Source: Squalus acanthias
Taxonomy: Eukaryota
NCBI GenBank assembly: GCA_030390025.1
Contig: CM059431.1
Span: 131,442,001 to 131,506,000, forward strand
Direction of reading: 5' to 3'
DNA: 64,000 nt
Part shown: positions 51,424 to 63,877 of the stretch, piece by piece
Position numbering within the stretch: the stretch's first letter is position 1
How the letters are laid out: each line of letters starts with the position of its first letter
Made by a program: the position numbers and the translations under genes
The notes under the pieces: generated by a model
Told to the model about the DNA's origin: nothing
What the model saw: the letters and a program-made list of their open reading frames with translations, nothing else
Databases searched by the model: none

Positions 51424-52266
51424 GGGGGAAAAATTCAGTTGCTTTGCGCCTCCTGTTAGCGCCTGGGTGCGGCGATGTTTGCGCCGCTCGCAAAATTGAC
51501 CAGACATTTTGCGGTGATGCTAAACACTACTGCCACGATCTCCTGCGCCCGCTGATCGTGACGTCAGTCAAGCGTGCAACCCTCCAGTAGCGGCCCGGAC
51601 CGGATATTGAGTGGCGCCCCCTGCCTTATCGCCTGCCGCTAACAACGACAGGTTGAGGGGAGTTTGTTTTGCAGTCAGAAGGGTCTCGGGGAGCGCTATT
51701 TAAAGGCGACCGCTTCCTGCCTTTTTTTGTCAGCGACATTTTTGCACCACGCATTCAGAGAGAGAGAGAGACTTCTGGAGAGATTCAACGCTGTGTGAAG
51801 GAGTTTTGGGTACTGAGCAGCACTTTGCAGGTTCATTTTGATTTGACCTTCCTTGCATCGATTTAGACGAGACTATGGGGGCTGCACTCTGAGCTCTTTC
51901 CTTGGGCCGCTCCATTGTTCTTTCCAGCAGATTTGATGTACAGGTCTCTCCAGGCCGAGATTCAAGGCTGCAATGAGCAGGGTGTGGGTGGAGAGCAAGA
52001 TCTTTAAGAACTGGCCGGCGCCAGTGTGTCTGTGTTCCATTGCTGACTGACATCACCTGAGCTTCGCCAGCGCTCTGAGGTAGCGCCTTGCTCCTCAGCG
52101 TTAGCGCCTTAAGAGTGGTGTGTAGCGCCTGATTTAGCGCTCCAATCACCTCCAGGGGCGATAGAAGCCAAGTTTGCAGTCGGAGGCGATAATTAGCGCC
52201 AGGTGCTAAACTTTGCGCCCAGCCGATAATTGCGCCCCAAACGGGGCGATACCGAATTTCTCCCCC
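51424..52266 (-). mobile_element. Non-autonomous Harbinger, family C
   Basis: TIR GGGGGAAAAATTC / GAATTTCTCCCCC, TSD AAG. Confidence 0.88.
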
Positions 52267-52609
52267 AAGGACTTTGGAGTTAATGTCTATAAAATTGAAT
52301 ATCCAGCTGAGCAAGGATGTAATAATCAAGTTGATTGATTTACAATTTCCCTGAAAATATGAACATAATCACATAATTGTGACCCAGAACTACCTCTAAC
52401 AATTCCGGAACACAGTGCAATAGAAAGAGAATTTGACTTATTCAGTCACTGTAAATCAATGGCCCTGATACATTATGTGGCATAAAACAGCGCTTCAACT
52501 CATTGGTGCAATACCACTTGAGCTCCACCGGTATTAATGTCTTTTACAAGAACAGACCAGCAAAATCAACATAATAAACAAGATAATTTTCATGTTTAAT
52601 TAAAACATT

Positions 52610-52790
52610 TCTTCAGACCGGAAGATCCCAGGTTTGATTCTAAGTTAGCTGATCTCAGGTGGGGCAGTGGTAGGTTAGCTACAATTGCCCTCAGTGCCCC
52701 TCAGCTGGGGAAGAGAAATTCAGACAGGGTTCCAGCTCTTATTTGCTATCCAGTGTTTCTTGGTTGGAAGATGCCCATGCAAATTTGAGG
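52610..52790 (+). mobile_element. Old SINE-like repeat fragment, family unassigned
   Basis: Similar to 3975-4200. Confidence 0.45.
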
Positions 52791-54028
52791 GGAGGGGGAG
52801 GGGGAGGGGGAGGAAGAGAAGAAAATGGCCAAAGATTTTTCTGAGACCAATGCTGCTTGAAATATTGGACTTGTTTGGCTTTCACTGGAGTACACGCACT
52901 AAATCCATCAGCTACTTTCTGACCAGTGTCTACTCCCTAACTACACAGAAAAATAACTTTGTTCCTGGCACCTGGCCATGGAGCCTTTTGGCTGCCTCTG
53001 AAGGCCTGGGATAGAGGGTTACGCACATAATGATTGGAGAAGTAGGAATTAGCAACCTTAAGGACCAGAGATGAAGTGGTTTCGCAGCATTGGAGGGAGG
53101 TTGCTCCGACAAGTACATTTCTTCTGCTGAAGTCGGGACAAATGGCTAACAGATTTGTTATAAGATTGAATTGAATGGATGCTTCTTCCAGGAGCTGTAA
53201 ACTTCTTGCTTTAACTCTTTCACTCGCACCTCTTCTGCTCTTTTCACCCACTCAATCGTCCCAATATTGTATTATTTATTCACTATAGAAATGTGAAAGT
53301 GCAGCCTCTTTTGCAAACCCTTTTCCAGTTGGTTAGAGACACAGAAAATGTATCTGGAATCTTCCTCATTTGCAGCTCCATAAACAAGAAACAAATAATG
53401 AATAAAATAAATCAAACCGCAACCTCAGGCCCCAGCCCCCAGTTTCTCTCCCATCTGTGAGTATTGAAGCAACTGCCAGTTGTGACAATACCAGCTCTGA
53501 ATTTAGCATAGCAAAGAGCTTTGCGTCTGGAGTAGAGGTGCACCTCAGGTCCCAGCTCTCTCAGCCCGAAGCCCCAGCACAATACTACTTTCAAGGCATC
53601 AGGCCTGCACTTCCTCCCAGCAGAGTGCTCCAATCTCTCAAGCCACCGCGTTCCCCCTCCCCCCGCCCCACTGCCCCACTTTTTCCTTCTTCACATCCTG
53701 GGAAACACAACATCACTTATGTGTCTGAGTGTCAGGGTTTGGCATCTGGACTCCATGTGAGGAAAAGCAGGTGGTGAGGCATACAGAAAAAGACAGAAAC
53801 ATAGAAAGGAAAGCAAAAGAAAGGGGGAGAAAGTGCGTAAGGCATTTGGAGTGGGACAAAGAAATAGAGAAGACAAGGATGGAAAAAAAATGTGTGAAGG
53901 CATTCAAATATTGGGGAGGAAAAAAGGAGTGGAATAGAAACAGAGAGGAAAAAAATACAGAGAATGCCTGTGAGCAAAGGTCAGAGGTGAAACAGTCCTC
54001 ATGAATTCCTGTGCTTTTGTTGCATTTT

Positions 54029-54660
54029 GGCCTAGAAATTGGACTTTTTGTGCCTGTTTTATGTGCTTAAATGCTCACAATGAGGGCCAATTTCCTGTGC
54101 CCCAAGGATGCCTGATAGACGTACAACCCAATTTTCGGTCAGGCCACTTTCAGGCTTCTGGGATGACCAGCTAAAACATGCATTAGGCCCCTTGCATGTG
54201 CTTATGGGGGGCCTTACACCTGCTTTAGGACCCCTATGGGAAATCGGGCTATCCTGAGCAGAGCAAACGCTCAGGTTTTCCTGGTATGAATGCAGCCTAG
54301 TTAGTGGCTGCCACCAAAAAGGTATGTAAAAAAAAAAGGTAATTTTATGTGGAGCCAGGAGGATCAGGAGCCCCTCCCGCTGTCCTCCTCCACCGCACCC
54401 CCCCCCCCCCCGGCACTTAGCTTAGGCCGCTGCCAGCGAGGTAGGCAGCTGGATATTCGTACTGCGGAAGGGTGAGCTGCCTGTGGACATGTGGCAAGTT
54501 AACCCAGAGTTAAATTCGAGGGACACAGCCTCCTTAAAATATCTTAGTGACTGACCTGCCTCCTGACAGAGGGTTGGTCACCCTCCTCCGTTAAAACTGG
54601 AAGTTGCTGGGTTGGGGTCGGGTTGCCCACTTTTTTTAATTTTTACCCCCCACCCACCTC
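54029..54660. mobile_element. Decayed Harbinger-type MITE remnants
   Basis: GGCCTAGAAATT start and GC-rich subterminal-like motifs; no matched end. Confidence 0.4.
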
Positions 54661-54844
54661 CCTGTGTGTACTGCTCTTTGTAAAATATGCTGTTCAAGCA
54701 CACAAGGAGCTGCTGGGGATGAATATTGTTGAATGAATGGATTTAACTCCTGTTAATGCTTTGTGTGATACTCTTTTGGTGACCTCTGTTTGACTCGGGT
54801 CTGTGTGGTTATATTCAATCATTCATTTTGCTGATATACATTCA

Positions 54845-55440
54845 ACAACCACTTAAATTTATATAACATCTGTAACGTAGCAAAATGTCCCAAGGTGCTT
54901 CATGATTGGAGATCGGACACGAGCAGCAGTAAGAGGGAAATTAAGGGAGGTGACTGACAGTGGAGAGGAAGAGGTATATTTTAAGGAGGAGAGAGATGTA
55001 GTGAGGTGGAGTGATTAAGAGAGAGTTTCAGATTGTGCGGACAAGAAAGCTCTACTGCCAATGTTAGAGCAGAGAGAGGGGACAAATGTACAATGGACTA
55101 TAATTAGAACAGCAGGGACATAGGGATGGAGGGTGTTGCAGAGGTATGATGAGTGAAGTCTAGAGGCATTTGTAGATAAGGTCAAGGATTTTGAAGTCAG
55201 TGCTGTGAGAGATAGTGAACAAATGGAGGTCGGTGATGGAGGTGATAAGTGAGCATAACATTGTGTGGGATTGGGTGCCTGTGTGAGTTGGAGTTTGTGT
55301 AGGCTGGATCTTGATTGTCTGGTGAGGAGAACGTAGGAAAATTTGAGTCTGGAGGCGGCAAAAGGATCCACGGGAGTTTCAGTGGCCATTGGGATAAGGT
55401 TAGGACAGGGACAAGTGATATTATACAGGTAGAAGAAGGC
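54845..55440 (-). mobile_element. Decayed L2 3' fragment
   Basis: Purine-rich + strand; L2-like tail at 54845-54900. Confidence 0.55.
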
Positions 55441-56980
55441 ATTCTTTTTGATGGACTAATGCTGTATCTACTCATTAAAAGAGACATCAGCATGATGCTC
55501 ATTTCTCTATTTCTGACCAGCAATTCCTAAGCACTCAGATATTTGTGTGTGAATATTGATTTGTAGTATCAATTGTAGTACACGGGCCAACGTGAAGTGC
55601 ACCTTCTCTAAAGTGAGTAAGTGAACATCAGCATAGTGAAGCCAACAGGAACACCGCATGAATATCTACCCAGCAACATGGGGACTGATGGGATGGAGGG
55701 CTACCATGTGACCCGTTTATATATGTGTAGTCTATAGCAGTTAGTTATAAAAGAATTCATGACACTAATTTAATTGAGTTTTTGAATGTAAAGAGTGCAA
55801 CCTACATAATCCATGAGTTATGAATAGAGGTTCTGACTGCTCAAAGCACCCAAAACCCAAGGCACCAAAATTCTTGGGGAGGGACAGATCTGATGCGGAG
55901 CGGAACTTCCACCCGCCCCAATGCCTATATCCCTGACTTTAAATATTTTGGGCAGGCACCCATGCACCTCTGAGGCACCCACCTGGCCGGGGGAGGCGGG
56001 TAGGAGGAGAGGAAGGAATGTTGCTGCAGGAATATCACATTTTACACACATTGTTGCAGCAGTTGTGATTGCAGACAAAAATACCCAGCCCAAAATACAA
56101 GAAAACTCATATCCTGCAGCAACACTAGTTAATGATTGGTAGCATCAAATTAAATTTAACAAAGTACATTATACAGCACTTCCTTTGGGCCTTCTCATTT
56201 CTCACATAGCTGTTATTTTGAGTTTCACAGGAAGACTTCCATCCACCTAGAGAATGCTGAACTTCTAAATTATAATTTGAAAATCTCTCCTAGAGTTGTT
56301 TACACATCAAAATACATTTTACTTTGTTGCAAAACTGACAGAAACTAGTCCTGTTGAGTAACCAATATCTCATTGACTGATGTGCATTCCCCATGTTTGA
56401 AAGTCTGTTGTAGTTTGCTCAGGGCTGAAGATCCAGTGAGTTATAGATCTTTCATACATGTGGAAAGGTAGTAGTAACTCACTGTCACCTGTCATCTATC
56501 CTCCAGCACTTTTCATTTTGTACTTACTCCAACAGCAGAGTGGGTATTACTTTTCACTCACTGGCTTATACAACGTGTAATCTTCTGGAAAATAATGTGT
56601 GGGATTGCGAACATAAGAAATAGGAGCCAGGAGTAGGCCATTCGGCCCATCGAGCCTGCTGTGCCATTCAATAAGATCATGGCTGATCTTCCACCTCAAC
56701 TCCACTTTCCTACACTATCCCCATATCCCTTGATTCCCTTAATATCCAAAAATCTATCGATCTCTGTCTTGAATATACTCAATGACTGAGCTTCCGCAGC
56801 GCTCTGGGGTAGAGAATTCCAAAGATTCACCACCCTCTGAGTGAAGAAATTTCTCCTCAGCTCAGTCCTAAATGGCCGACCCCTTATTCTGAGACTGTGA
56901 CCCCTGGTTCTAGACTCCCCAGCCAAGGGAAACATCCTCCCAGCATCTACCCTGTCAAGCCCTGTAAGAATTTTGTATGT

Positions 56981-57626
56981 GGCGCTTCCAACGACCAGAA
57001 GACTGGAACGCTATCAATCGCTGTGGGGCTGGGGGGGGCGCTATTTAAATGGGGCCTCTTCCTGTCTTTTATTGTTGGTGGCATTTTTGAACTACGCATT
57101 CTGAGAGAGAGAGGGAGAGACTTCTGGAGAGATTCAACGTTGTGTGAAGGAGTTTTGGGTACTGAGCAGCACTTTGCAGGTTCATTTTGATTTGCCATTC
57201 CTTGTATCGATTTAGCAGAGACTGTGGGAGCTGCACTCTGAGCTCTTTGCCTGGTACGCTCCATTGTTCTTTCCAGCACATTTGATGTGCAAGTCTCTCC
57301 AGGCCGAGATTCAAGGCAGCAATGAACAGGATGTGGATGGAAAGCAAGATTAACCATCCCCTTTAAGAACTGGCCCGTGCCATTGTGTGTGTGTTCCATT
57401 GCTGACTGACATTACATGAGCTTCGCCAGCGCTCCGAGTTAGCGCCTCACTGCTCGGCCTTTGCGCCTTAAGAGAGGTGTGCAGCGCCTGCTTTAGCGCT
57501 CCACTCACCTCCCGGGGCGGTAAAAGTGAAGTTTCCTGTCAGTGCCGATAATTAGCGCCAGGCGCTAATATTTGCGTCCGGACGATATTTGCGCCCCAAA
57601 TGGGGCGCGACCTAATTTCTACCCCC
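56981..57626 (-). mobile_element. Family C Harbinger, one end deleted
   Basis: Colinear with 51640-52266; retains AATTTCTACCCCC end. Confidence 0.85.
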
Positions 57627-57752
57627 AGATGTGGTCTCACCAGGGCCCTATATATTTGCAGTAACTTGTCTTTACTCTTACACTCAAATGCTCTTGTAAT
57701 AAAGGCCAACCTACCATTTGCTTTCCTAATTGCTTGCTGTACCTACATAATT

Positions 57753-58505
57753 GGGCCAGAAATTCGGGTCGGAGGCTTCCCGCGGGTGCAAGCATAGCGG
57801 GTGCACTTACATAGCGTGCCTGCCGTTGTGCTGTGGGCCCGCATGGGATTCGGATCCTGGGCCTCCTCCAGCTGCCGGTGTGCAGTGCTCGCGGATCCCA
57901 ACGGTGCAGTTAGTTCGAAGCGTCCCCTGGGATCACGTGGGCCATGGGGAGCCAATCGGAGCAGGGAATCTCCATTCATAGATTTGACAGGAGGAATAGA
58001 GATCGGCCCCAAAACCTAACTAAAACTTCAAATAGTTTTTTTTTTAAATCACATTTTTAAAATAACTATAAATTACATAAAATAACTATTTGAAACAGTA
58101 ATTTAAATTTTTGAAAAAATTAATTACAGTTTTTAACGGGGCTAAAAATAAACTTACCTTTCTTTAAAGTATTTAAAAATAATAAACCTGTGGAAAAAAT
58201 GTTTTAATTTTACTTAATTCACCACTTACCTTGTTAAAAGCAGGCCTTGCGCCTGCTTTTTCCCCGCGCAGCTGCTAGGGACTTACCCGCACGGAGAAAC
58301 CTGTAAAAAAAAAAAAAGCCGAAGTTCGATGCATACACGCTGCCTCTGCCGCGCACGCAGTTGACCCATGAACCCCTTCCTTCACAAGACCGGAAGTTCC
58401 GGTTTCCCGTGCATGCGTAGTGCATGCGTGAAACCGGCACTTCCGGTGGCCCTACGGGTGAGTACACAGTGCGTACTCACCCGTGGGGACCCGAATTTCT
58501 GGGCC
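57753..58505 (+). mobile_element. Non-autonomous Harbinger (MITE), family E
   Basis: 18-bp TIR GGGCCAGAAATTCGGGTC / GACCCGAATTTCTGGGCC; flanks ATT/GTT. Confidence 0.85.
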
Positions 58506-60628
58506 GTTAACTTTCAGTGATTCGTGTACAAGGACACCCAGGTCCCCTGAACACCAACATTTCCCAATCTCTCACCATTTAAAAAATACTCTGCTTTTCT
58601 ATTTTTCCTACCAAAGTGGATAACTTCACATTTCTCCACATTATATTCCATTTGCCATGTTCTTGCCCATTCACTTAGCCTGTCTATATCCCCTTGAAGC
58701 CTCTTTGCATCCTCCTCACAATTTACATTCCCACCTAGCTTTGTATCATCAGCAAACTTGGATATATTACATTTGGTCCTCTCATCCAAATCATTGATAT
58801 AGATTGTGAATAGCTGAAGCCCAAGCACTGATCCTTGTGGCACCCCACCAGTTACAACCTGCCAACCCAAAAATGACCCATTTATTCCTACTCTGTTTTC
58901 TGTCCATTAACCAATCCTCAATCTCTGCTAGTATATTACCCCCAATCCCATGAGCCCTAATTTTGTTTAATAACCTCTTGTGTGGCACCTTATCGAATGC
59001 CTTCTGAAAATTCAAATACACCACATTCACTGGTTCCCCCTTATCTATTCTGCTAACTCTCAAAAAACTCTAACAGATTTGACAAACATGATTTCCCTTT
59101 CATAAATCTGTGTTGACTCTGCCCGATCCTATTATTATTTTCTAAGTGCCCTGTTACCACGTCCTTAATAATAGATTCTAGCATTTTCCCTACTACTGAT
59201 GTCAGGCTAACAGGTCTGTAGTTTGCCGTTTTCTCTCTCCCTCCATTCTTAAATAGTGGGGTTACATTTGCTACCTTCCAATCCACGGGAACCATTCTAG
59301 AATCTATGGAATTTTGGAAGGTGATAACCAGTATATCCACTGTCTCTAAAGCCACCTCTTTCAAAACCCTAGGATGTAGGCCATCAGGTCCAGGGGATTT
59401 ATTGGCTTTCTGTCCCATTAATTTCTCCAGTACTATTTTTTTTACTAATACTAATTTCTTTCAGTTCCTCATTCTCGCTAGACCCTTGGTTCTCCATTAT
59501 TTCCGGGAGGGTTTTTGCGTCTTCTTCCGTGAAGACAGAGACAAAGGCCGCAAATTTAATGGAGGAGGCGGGATAGGGGCGGGTCAGCTGGTTACCGGAT
59601 TCCAGTCCTGCCCCCAGCTGCCTCCGCTCTGCAAACGTGATTTTCCTTTGATTGGCTTTAATTAACAGGAAGCGGGTCTGATGACGTCATTTGATGACGC
59701 GTCATTTGCCGGTTTCCTTAAAGGGACCATGCACAATTGTATTTTGACTGTTGATTTTTCAGTGTTTGACAGTATTGAGGTGCTGAAAACACTGACAATC
59801 ACTGCACAAAGGTGAACTCTTGCACCCAGGCTCTCCAATGACTCCCTCCATTTGCTAATGGAGGGAGTCACAGTACGCAGGGAGGTTCTCTTCCCTTCCA
59901 AGGGCAGAAGAGACCTCCCCAGGACACCAAAGTACCTTGCACCTCCACTCAACCCTCTCTATCTACTTTATCACTTCCCCATCTCACTAGCCACCCCTCA
60001 CACTCACCCTCATTCTACTGCAAGCATACCAACTAACAACACACAAGGGTAGGCACTTGAGAGCTTTAGCTAATGTCCATGTGAAGTTTCTGGTAATGTG
60101 TTGCCATACAGTTAAATCTCTTTTTCAAAAAGTGCCCCTTATTGGACAGATCTGAGCACACATTGAGAAGCGTCTTACTGAGTTCCAGTGAATGTTCAGA
60201 CATAACTCCCCCCCACCCACCCCGCTATAGTGATGTGTGTGCATGGAATGGCTTGGATATTAAAGGGATGCTTCACAGTGCTGGTGTGGGATGGTGCCAA
60301 CCTGGCACATCATGTAGCAGCCAGGGTTTACAGCATCAAGTGAAGAAAGTCTGGCCATGGTGATGCCATCGCTGGCCTCCTGACCAACAATTTTGTCAGG
60401 GGCCGATGCCCTGTGTCCTGTGCAGCATCAGGTGATGGCGGCGAATGTTGGTGATGAGGTTGGTGATATTGGTGTTGGGGCTGATTGTGGAAGGATTCGG
60501 AGGACCAAGGTCTGATTGTTTCATTGGCTCCGATGTTGCTGGAATAGATGGCAGCTGCAGGTGAGATGACAGAAACGATCTGTCACTGGTGAGAGAGGTT
60601 CTCCCAATGAGGTGGCACTGGACATACA

Positions 60629-61040
60629 ATAGCAAAATACTGCGGATGCTGGAAATCCGAAATAACAACAGAAAACGCTGGAAAAACACAGCAGGCCAGG
60701 CAGCATCCGTGGAGAGAGAAAGAGAGTTAACGTTTCAGGTCGATGACCTTTCATCAGAACTGGGAAGAGCCGGAAATCAAATAGATTTAAGGCCAGGGTA
60801 AAGCTGGGAAAAGGGGGAGGGGATAAAGGAACAAAGGGGGAGATGAAGAGACATTAAGAGACATTAAGAGATATGCAAGGCTAGAGGTGGTGTTAATGTG
60901 ACAGATTAAGGCTGAATGAAGTGTGAAATCCACTGGCAGAATGAAGGACAGCTGCCAGCTTCTAGGAGGAAAAAAAAAAAAGGTGGGGTGGGGGACAAAT
61001 AAAAATAAAATATAAATGTGATTGGAGCTGAGGTTATGAT
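60629..61040 (-). mobile_element. Penelope-like terminal fragment with 11-bp flanking duplication
   Basis: CTGGACATACA at 60618-60628 and 61041-61051; matches 20497-20957. Confidence 0.85.
60725..60761 (-). ncRNA. Minimal type I hammerhead ribozyme motif
   Basis: AGUU-CUGAUGA-A-[AGGUC auc GACCU]-GAAAC-GUU-AACU on the minus strand. Confidence 0.68.
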
Positions 61041-63628
61041 CTGGACATACAGTTGGATTTAAAAACTTATAAGCTAAAGAAATCTGTATATGTATTAAAA
61101 ATGCAGTAACCAACATTTTCTTTGCTCTGAAACTCACCATGTGCAACATGGCATCCTTGACACCACTTCAGTAGCTGTCATCTTTTCACAAACATCAGAC
61201 CAGACTCACAACACGCCAGGTTGAGCTGGCGTGTTCCCCGAACAGCGGGTAACCAGTGGGGGAGAAGGTAAAATTACAAGTAAGCCTCAAAAGACTCTTA
61301 AATTGGCTCTTAACAGGCCATTTAAGTACCAGAATTGTCTCCCCTGCCGCTTGGTGTCGGGTCAGTTCTGCGCTGACAGACCCGACACCTGGGAGTCTCA
61401 CGTGGAGGTGGGTTGACAGCGGGTTTCCTACCCGCTGTCAATCTTTGCGATTTTGACAGTGGTCCCGCCTCCAAACCCGCCCCCTCAGCGCGATTAAATT
61501 TGCAGCCAAAGTATTTGTTTAATTTCTCAGCCATTTCCTTATTCCCCATTATAATTTCTCCTGTCTCAGCCTGTACGGGACACATTTACTTTTGCTAATC
61601 TTTTCCTTTTTACATACCCATCGAAGCTTTTACAGTCTGTTTTTATGTCTCTCGCTAGTTTACTCTCATTCTATTTTCTCTTTCTTTTTCAATTTCTTGG
61701 TCCTCCTTTGCTGAATTCTAAATACGCCCAATCTTCAGGCTTACTACTCTTTTTGGCAACATTATAAGTCTCTTCCTTTGATCTAATACTATCTTTAACT
61801 TCTGTTGTTAGCCACAGTTGGACCAGTTTTCCTGTGGGGTTTTTGTGCCTTAAAGGAATGTATATTTGTTGTAAATTATGTATTAATTCTTTAAATGCTA
61901 GACATTGCTTATTTACTGTCATACATTTTAACATAATTTCCCAATTTACCTTGGCCAACTCGCCCCTCTAACCTACGTAGTCTGCTTTGTTTAGATTTAA
62001 GACCCTAATTTCAGTTTTAACTAAATCACTTTCAAACTCAATATAAAATTCTATCATATTATGATCACTCTTCCCTAAATGCCCCTTTACTACAAGGTTA
62101 TTAATTAACCCTTTCTCATTGCACAATACTAAATCTAAAATAGCCTGTTCCCGAGTTGGTTCTACAATATACTGATCTAGAAAACTATCTTGCATACATT
62201 CCATGAATTTGTCCTCCACATTATTACTGCAAATTTGGTTTTCCCAGTCTATATGTAGATTAAAGTTCCCCATGATTACTGTATTACCCTTGTTACATGC
62301 GCTTCTAATTTCCTGATTAATAGTCTGCCTTATATTACAACTACTGTTTGGGGGCCTATAAACAATTTGCACCAATGTTTTCTGCCCCTTGCTGTTTCTT
62401 AGCTCCACCCAAACTGATTCTACTCCTTGATTTTCAGAGCTAAAATCCTTTCTCTCTACTGTCTTTATCCCATCCTTTATTATCAGGGCTACCGCTCCTC
62501 CTTTTCCATTTTGCCTACCTCTTCTAAAAGTTAAGTGTCCTGGAATATTTAGTTCCCAACCTTGGCCACTTTGCAACCACATCTCCATAATGCCTATTTG
62601 ATCAAACCTATTAATTTCTATCTGCGCTATTAATTCATCTATTTTGTTGCGAATGCTTCGCGCATTCAGAAAAAGTCCCTTTAGCTTTGACTTATATTTT
62701 TCCCTGATGTCACTTTAGTCACTGATGCCTTATTACCTTTGTTACTCTCCCTGTCCCTTCCTGACCCACTCTGCTTATTTTTACCCAAAACTCTGCTCTA
62801 GAGCCTTGACATTTCTCTCGCTGCTTTTAAATTTACTCTTTCCTGAATCCTCCCACCCACAGATAGACTGGGTTATGGAACTGGTACATTTGGGGCTTAA
62901 GTAGTTCCAGGATGTAAGCGTTTTGGAACTGTGAATTATTTACTGCTCTTTTTAATTGAAAGCAAAAACAAACAGGAATAAAAATATTTAATTTTGGTTC
63001 ATAAAGGTTTTAGAAGGATCTTTTTTCCTCAAAACTCTGTGTATCATAAACAGTACTTAAGAAATCTTGCAGTAGGGGTTCTGCAAAGGAAATTCTTACT
63101 TTCTCTTTTTTTTTGTTTTTTGAGTTACTGCTGCAGAACTGAATGGTCTGCTAGAGATCAGCAGAGGTGCTTTGGGAAGCAAACGGAAGGAAAAGCTTCT
63201 GTCTCCAGGGTAACTTTTGACAAATCATTAAAAGTGACCACATGTTCTGTCTTGATTGCACTGTGGTCACCAAGACAGGGTCATTACTTTTCTAGTGACA
63301 ATATTTGGGCATGGTATAACGCAGTGACTTGATTTCCAACTTGTGGCAAAATAAAATACATCACCGACAGAGTTATATTTTCCATTGTAGTTCTAGCAAT
63401 AGGGCATTCTGCCAGAGATTGGGTTCAGCAGATTCTGTAAGGGGATTTCTTGGTGATCATAGTGTCCAGTCACACAATTATTTTTCCTCTGCTGCTGACT
63501 GTCTAATAATTAATTGTCTGCCATAGCATGTGACATGTTTCTAGCCCTGTACATGGCAATAGAGTGCTCAGTAGGTGAGATTGCCCTGAAAAGCAACTTT
63601 AGGCAATCAAAAACTGTTGCTGAGATGC

Positions 63629-63877
63629 GGCCCTGATTTTAACTCCTCGTGAATTCCCCGTTCAGGCCTGAGTTAAAATTACAGTCGGGTCTCAATGATG
63701 TCATCGGGTCGCATCATGAATATATCAAGCAGGACCCTCCAGGTTGCCTGCTCAGGAGAGCAGGTTAAAATTGCACTTGTTGCGATCATGGCAGCTTTCA
63801 GACGGGTGAGAGCCAGGGAGATTTTAACTGCCCACCCGCCAGGTTTCTGCTGAGCGAGTAGGGTTAAAATCGCCCCC
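63629..63877. mobile_element. Short Harbinger-type MITE
   Basis: Ends GGCCCTGATTTTAAC / GTTAAAATCGCCCCC; no TSD. Confidence 0.55.

Larger units (their letters stand above)
59546..61507 (+). mobile_element. Non-autonomous Harbinger, family B (Myb 5' remnant on +, transposase 5' remnant on -)
   Basis: TIR GGCCGCAAATTTAAT / ATTAAATTTGCAGCC, TSD AAA; LAPRLSNDSLHLLMEGVTVRREVLFPS; CACCTGATGCTGCACAGG shared with 12351. Confidence 0.92.
56610..62860 (-). mobile_element. Long CR1 LINE (APE endonuclease, RT, 3' UTR) in four pieces: 56610-56980, 57627-57752, 58506-59545, 61508-62860
   Basis: VYRPP, GNFN, LDLVL, SDH endonuclease motifs (61968-62588); RT motifs 58514-59418; sequence continuous across two of three inserts. 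Confidence 0.93.

Noticed and set aside
52937..53290. Possible minus-strand coding exon
   Set aside because: Stops follow the only plausible acceptor in all frames; peptide not recognised.
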